Shown: positions 17,192 to 20,150 of the stretch, one piece after another
Position numbering within the stretch: the first letter of the stretch is position 1
Layout: each line of letters opens with the position of its first letter
Assembly: GCA_049599895.1 (NCBI GenBank)
Contig: JBMYPC010000050.1
Location: 1 to 20,150, forward strand
From: Bacteriovoracaceae bacterium
GTDB lineage: Bacteria > Bdellovibrionota > Bacteriovoracia > Bacteriovoracales > Bacteriovoracaceae
Direction of reading: 5' to 3'
DNA length: 20,150 nucleotides
Position numbers and translations under genes: made by a program
The notes under the pieces: generated by a model
Databases searched by the model: none
What the model was told of the DNA's origin: nothing
The model's input: only the letters and a program-made list of their open reading frames with translations

Positions 17192-18145
17192 ATGAATCGA
17201 AATTTAGCGCTAGAATTTGTGCGTGTCACTGAAATGGCTTCTATTGCTGCAGCTCGGTGGATGGGACGTGGAGAAGAAAAGTCTGCAGATCAAGCGGCAG
17301 TTGATGCAATGAGGGCCATGCTTGATAGTGTTGATTGCTCGGCAACTGTCGTTATTGGTGAAGGGGAAAGAGATGAAGCCCCGATGCTGTACATCGGTGA
17401 AAGAGTTGGTAGTGGTAATGGACCCGATCTTGAAATCGCTCTCGATCCTCTTGAAGGAACTACTGTTTGTGCTAATGGTGGTTACAACTCCATCTCAGTA
17501 ATGGCCATTGGTGAAAAGGGTTGTTTGCTTCATGCTCCTGACATCTATATGGATAAAATAGCCTGTGGACCTCATGGTAAGGGCGTAATCGATATTAGAG
17601 ACTCAGCAAGTGATAATTTAAAACGTTTGGCCGAGAAGAAAAAATGCAAAGTTCAGGATCTCACGGCCATTGTTCTTGATAGGCCAAGACACGAAAACCT
17701 TATTGAAGAAATTAGAACAACCGGTGCTCGAATCAACCTTATTGGTGATGGTGATGTTTCAGCAGCTATTGCTTGTTGTATGGAAGATACTGGAGTTGAT
17801 ATTCTTTTTGGTGTTGGAGGAGCTCCTGAAGGAGTTATTGCAGCGGCTGCCCTTCAATGTATTGGTGGCGACTTTCAAGGAGTTCTTAAGGCGACTATTC
17901 CAGCTGAGAAAGAAAGAGCTGACAAGATGGGACTTACTGACCTTGATAAAGTTTACAGTATTGATGATCTTGCCGCTGGAAATGTTATGTTCGTGGCCAC
18001 AGGTGTGACAACGGGTAATATGTTAAAGGGTGTTCATTTTAAGTCGTGGGGAGCTGTGACTCATTCCATGGTTATGAGAAGTCAGTCGGGAACGATTCGA
18101 CATATCTCAGCTGAACATCATTTTGATACCAAGCCTCGATATTAA
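17192..18145 (+). CDS. glpX: Class II fructose-1,6-bisphosphatase
   Basis: MNRNLALEFVRVTE, VVIGEGERDEAPMLYIGE, DPLEGT, DGDV, GGAPEGV and FVATGVT. Start corrected to 17192. Confidence 0.97.
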   Translation: MNRNLALEFVRVTEMASIAAARWMGRGEEKSADQAAVDAMRAMLDSVDCSATVVIGEGERDEAPMLYIGERVGSGNGPDLEIALDPLEGTTVCANGGYNSISVMAIGEKGCLLHAPDIYMDKIACGPHGKGVIDIRDSASDNLKRLAEKKKCKVQDLTAIVLDRPRHENLIEEIRTTGARINLIGDGDVSAAIACCMEDTGVDILFGVGGAPEGVIAAAALQCIGGDFQGVLKATIPAEKERADKMGLTDLDKVYSIDDLAAGNVMFVATGVTTGNMLKGVHFKSWGAVTHSMVMRSQSGTIRHISAEHHFDTKPRY

Positions 18146-18165
18146 GAGGTAAAAGGATAAGAGAA

Positions 18166-18591
18166 ATGGCCGCAGAAAAAAGAACTGAAGTTTTTAATGC
18201 TCCAATAGAGAAAATCTACAAAACCATTATTAAGTATGAAGACTATCCTGATTTCGTCGACGGTGTCTCAAGTATTGATGTCAGCAATCAAACTGAGCAG
18301 GGAGCTGAAGTCCAGTTCAATCTCAATATCATTAAGACATTTTCTTATCGAGTGAAACTAACTCATGAGAGACCAAACCGTGTTTCATGGACTTTTATAG
18401 ATGGCGACATTTTTAAAAAGAATAATGGCGGTTGGACATTGAAAGATTTAGGAGATGGGACGACTGAGGTTACATATGAGTTAGATCTTGGCTTTAAAGT
18501 CTTAGTGCCTTCGATGATTAGTAAAAAACTTTCTAAAAGCAGTCTGCCATCGATGATGAAGGCCATGGAAAAACGAGCTCAAAACGCTTAG
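18166..18591 (+). CDS. SRPBCC/START-fold protein (Coq10/RatA, polyketide cyclase-like)
   Basis: APIEKIYKTIIKYEDYPDFV...F..NNGGW.L...GDGTTEVTYEL pattern; AAGGA SD. Confidence 0.85.
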   Translation: MAAEKRTEVFNAPIEKIYKTIIKYEDYPDFVDGVSSIDVSNQTEQGAEVQFNLNIIKTFSYRVKLTHERPNRVSWTFIDGDIFKKNNGGWTLKDLGDGTTEVTYELDLGFKVLVPSMISKKLSKSSLPSMMKAMEKRAQNA

Positions 18592-18605
18592 ACCAAGGAT
18601 AAGTG

Positions 18606-18959
18606 ATGTCAAATGATAAGGACAAAGCAAGCTGGAGTGAGACTCTCAAAAAAATCGTCTCAGTTGGAGCAAGTGCTGCTTTTTTAACAGAAGATGCCAT
18701 TAAGAATATGCTAGGGGATACACCTCTTTCAAAGGATATCATTTCTGGTTTTATTCAAAATGCAAAAAACTCAAAAGAAGAGTTTCTTAAGTCTGTGAAA
18801 GATGAAATTGTCAAAAATTTAAAGACGGTTGATCCTAAACGCTTGATGGATGATGTCTTAAAAGACTATGAAATTACGATTAATGCTAAAGTTAGCTTTG
18901 AGCCTAAAAATAAACAGGCCCAAAATTTAGACTCTGAGATGAGTGACGAGGATGCCTGA
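18606..18959 (+). CDS. Conserved hypothetical helical protein (weakly phasin-like)
   Basis: AAGGA SD at 18595-18599 and position inside the operon. VGASAAFLTEDAIK followed by amphipathic helices. GTG 18603 is an alternative start. Confidence 0.65.
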   Translation: MSNDKDKASWSETLKKIVSVGASAAFLTEDAIKNMLGDTPLSKDIISGFIQNAKNSKEEFLKSVKDEIVKNLKTVDPKRLMDDVLKDYEITINAKVSFEPKNKQAQNLDSEMSDEDA

Positions 18960-19614
18960 GAGTTTAGAGGCAAGGCTTAAATTCTTTCAAGGTGAAGTTG
19001 ATGGGCAGGCCCATTTACTCCCTGTCTCTAAATATGTTGATTCCCCAATCATACGCTCTTGTTATCAATTGGGAATTCGAAATTTTGCTGAGGCAAGAGT
19101 GCAGGACTTAATGAATAAGTCTGATGAACTAAAAGACTGCGAAGGTCTTAATTGGCATTTTGTTGGGAATCTTCAACGAAATAAAGTCAAAAAACTTCTC
19201 TCTGTAAAAGGGCTTTATGCCATTCATTCCGTGGATCGTCTTGAACTTCTTCATGAGCTATTAAAAAACCAAGAGATGTTGGATAGGCCTGTCAAAGTGT
19301 TTTTACAGGTCAATACATCTGGAGAATCTGAAAAGTCTGGATTTTTGAACCTTGATGAGGTTAAAAAAGCTTTAGAGCTTCTTCAAACTCAGAGCGGTAA
19401 AAAACTTGAGTTTCAAGGTCTAATGACAATGGCAACTCTTCGAACTGCAGAAAAAGAACAAGCGGCTGAACATTGTTTTAAGGCTTTAAGTCAATTCAGA
19501 GACATTCTTGGTGCTGGCAAAATCGAGTTAAGTATGGGGATGAGTTCTGATTATCAACAGGCCTTAAAATATGGAGCCGATTGGATTAGAATCGGAAGGG
19601 CCATTTTTCTATAG
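18943..19614 (+). CDS. yggS: YggS family pyridoxal phosphate homeostasis protein
   Basis: VSK (PLP Lys), WHFVGNLQRNK, IHSVDR, LQVNTSGE..KSG, GLMTM and LSMGMSSDY...GA..IRIG.AIF. Start is GTG 18943 or ATG 18952. Confidence 0.93.
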   Translation: MTRMPESLEARLKFFQGEVDGQAHLLPVSKYVDSPIIRSCYQLGIRNFAEARVQDLMNKSDELKDCEGLNWHFVGNLQRNKVKKLLSVKGLYAIHSVDRLELLHELLKNQEMLDRPVKVFLQVNTSGESEKSGFLNLDEVKKALELLQTQSGKKLEFQGLMTMATLRTAEKEQAAEHCFKALSQFRDILGAGKIELSMGMSSDYQQALKYGADWIRIGRAIFL

Positions 19615-19640
19615 GTCTTTCTTTAGGGAAGTGAATCAGA

Positions 19641-20150
19641 ATGCTTAATCACAATGATATTCAATTAGAACTTGAAGCACTCTCCAAGATTGTTCACTGG
19701 ATGGCCAAAGAAGAGCATATTCCGGCTACAGGAGGGAACTTTTCCTATCGCCCCAATGAAGGAGCAAATTTTTATATCAGTCGATCAGGGATTGATAAAG
19801 AAAACATAAGACCTGAAGACTTTTTACTTGTTGATAAATTTGGAAAAGTCATGAATGGCCAAAACCTCAAAGTGAGTGATGAAACTCCTCTTCATGGTCT
19901 CGTCTATGAGCACTTCAATGCAAGTTGCACCCTTCATTCTCACCATCTTGAAAGTCTTTGGTTCAGTGAATCCTTTGATGAATGTCTCGTTGAACTTAGT
20001 GGACTTGAAATGCTTAAGATTTTTGAAGGAATTAGCTCTCATGAAGAGAAGATTTATCTTCCTATTTTAGAGAATTCTCAAGACATGACACTTTTAAAAA
20101 AGAAGTTGGAAAAGCTTTTTGTAAAAAAAGAAATATTTGGCTTTGTTTTA
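19641..20150 (+). CDS. mtnB: Methylthioribulose-1-phosphate dehydratase (class II aldolase fold), 5' part (runs off the right edge)
   Basis: Translated by hand, not in the ORF track: ...PATGGNFS...ISRSGIDK...SDETPLH...LHSH...GLEMLKIFEGISSHE...LPILENSQD. The frame is open for 170 codons to the edge. Confidence 0.9.
   Translation, partial: MLNHNDIQLELEALSKIVHWMAKEEHIPATGGNFSYRPNEGANFYISRSGIDKENIRPEDFLLVDKFGKVMNGQNLKVSDETPLHGLVYEHFNASCTLHSHHLESLWFSESFDECLVELSGLEMLKIFEGISSHEEKIYLPILENSQDMTLLKKKLEKLFVKKEIFGFVL

Noticed and set aside
2092..20070. About 25 short ORFs in the track overlapping larger genes (e.g. 2092-2337, 4371-4688, 9067-9327, 16963-17229, 17670-18008, 19824-20042, 19876-20070)
   Set aside because: They are antisense or off-frame shadows of well-supported genes with no recognisable motifs. 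The last two lie within the truncated mtnB.
1..20150. CRISPR arrays, tRNA or rRNA genes, transposases, integrases and clear intrinsic terminators
   Set aside because: No repeat-spacer pattern, cloverleaf, recombinase motif or GC-rich hairpin with a U-tract was found by eye.

Overview
AT-rich, gene-dense bacterial chromosome window. Gene content and protein style suggest a predatory Bdellovibrionota member (Bacteriovoracia-like); this is inference, not a database result. Recognisable genes: partial MotA/TolQ/ExbB (left edge), sufE, hemB, a thioredoxin-like ferredoxin, a CinA/PncC-like plus nucleotidyltransferase-like protein, an MscS channel, a compact clpB, a stand-alone cNMP-binding protein, panD, serB, pgsA, a PilZ protein, glpX, an SRPBCC protein, a phasin-like hypothetical, yggS and partial mtnB (right edge). 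The two edge genes are missing from the ORF track. The most unusual part is 8502-13866: a 1384-aa secreted protein behind a sigma28/FliA-like promoter, with Cys-capped coiled coils, a two-helix hydrophobic hairpin, an internal signal-peptidase-like site (ISEAHA|Q) and a C-terminal SLFxxISxRY motif. A cytoplasmic LRR gene follows it and a small secreted Cys-repeat gene lies divergently. This is a candidate, unproven, attack-phase membrane-inserting effector module. I found no rRNA, tRNA, CRISPR array or mobile element.
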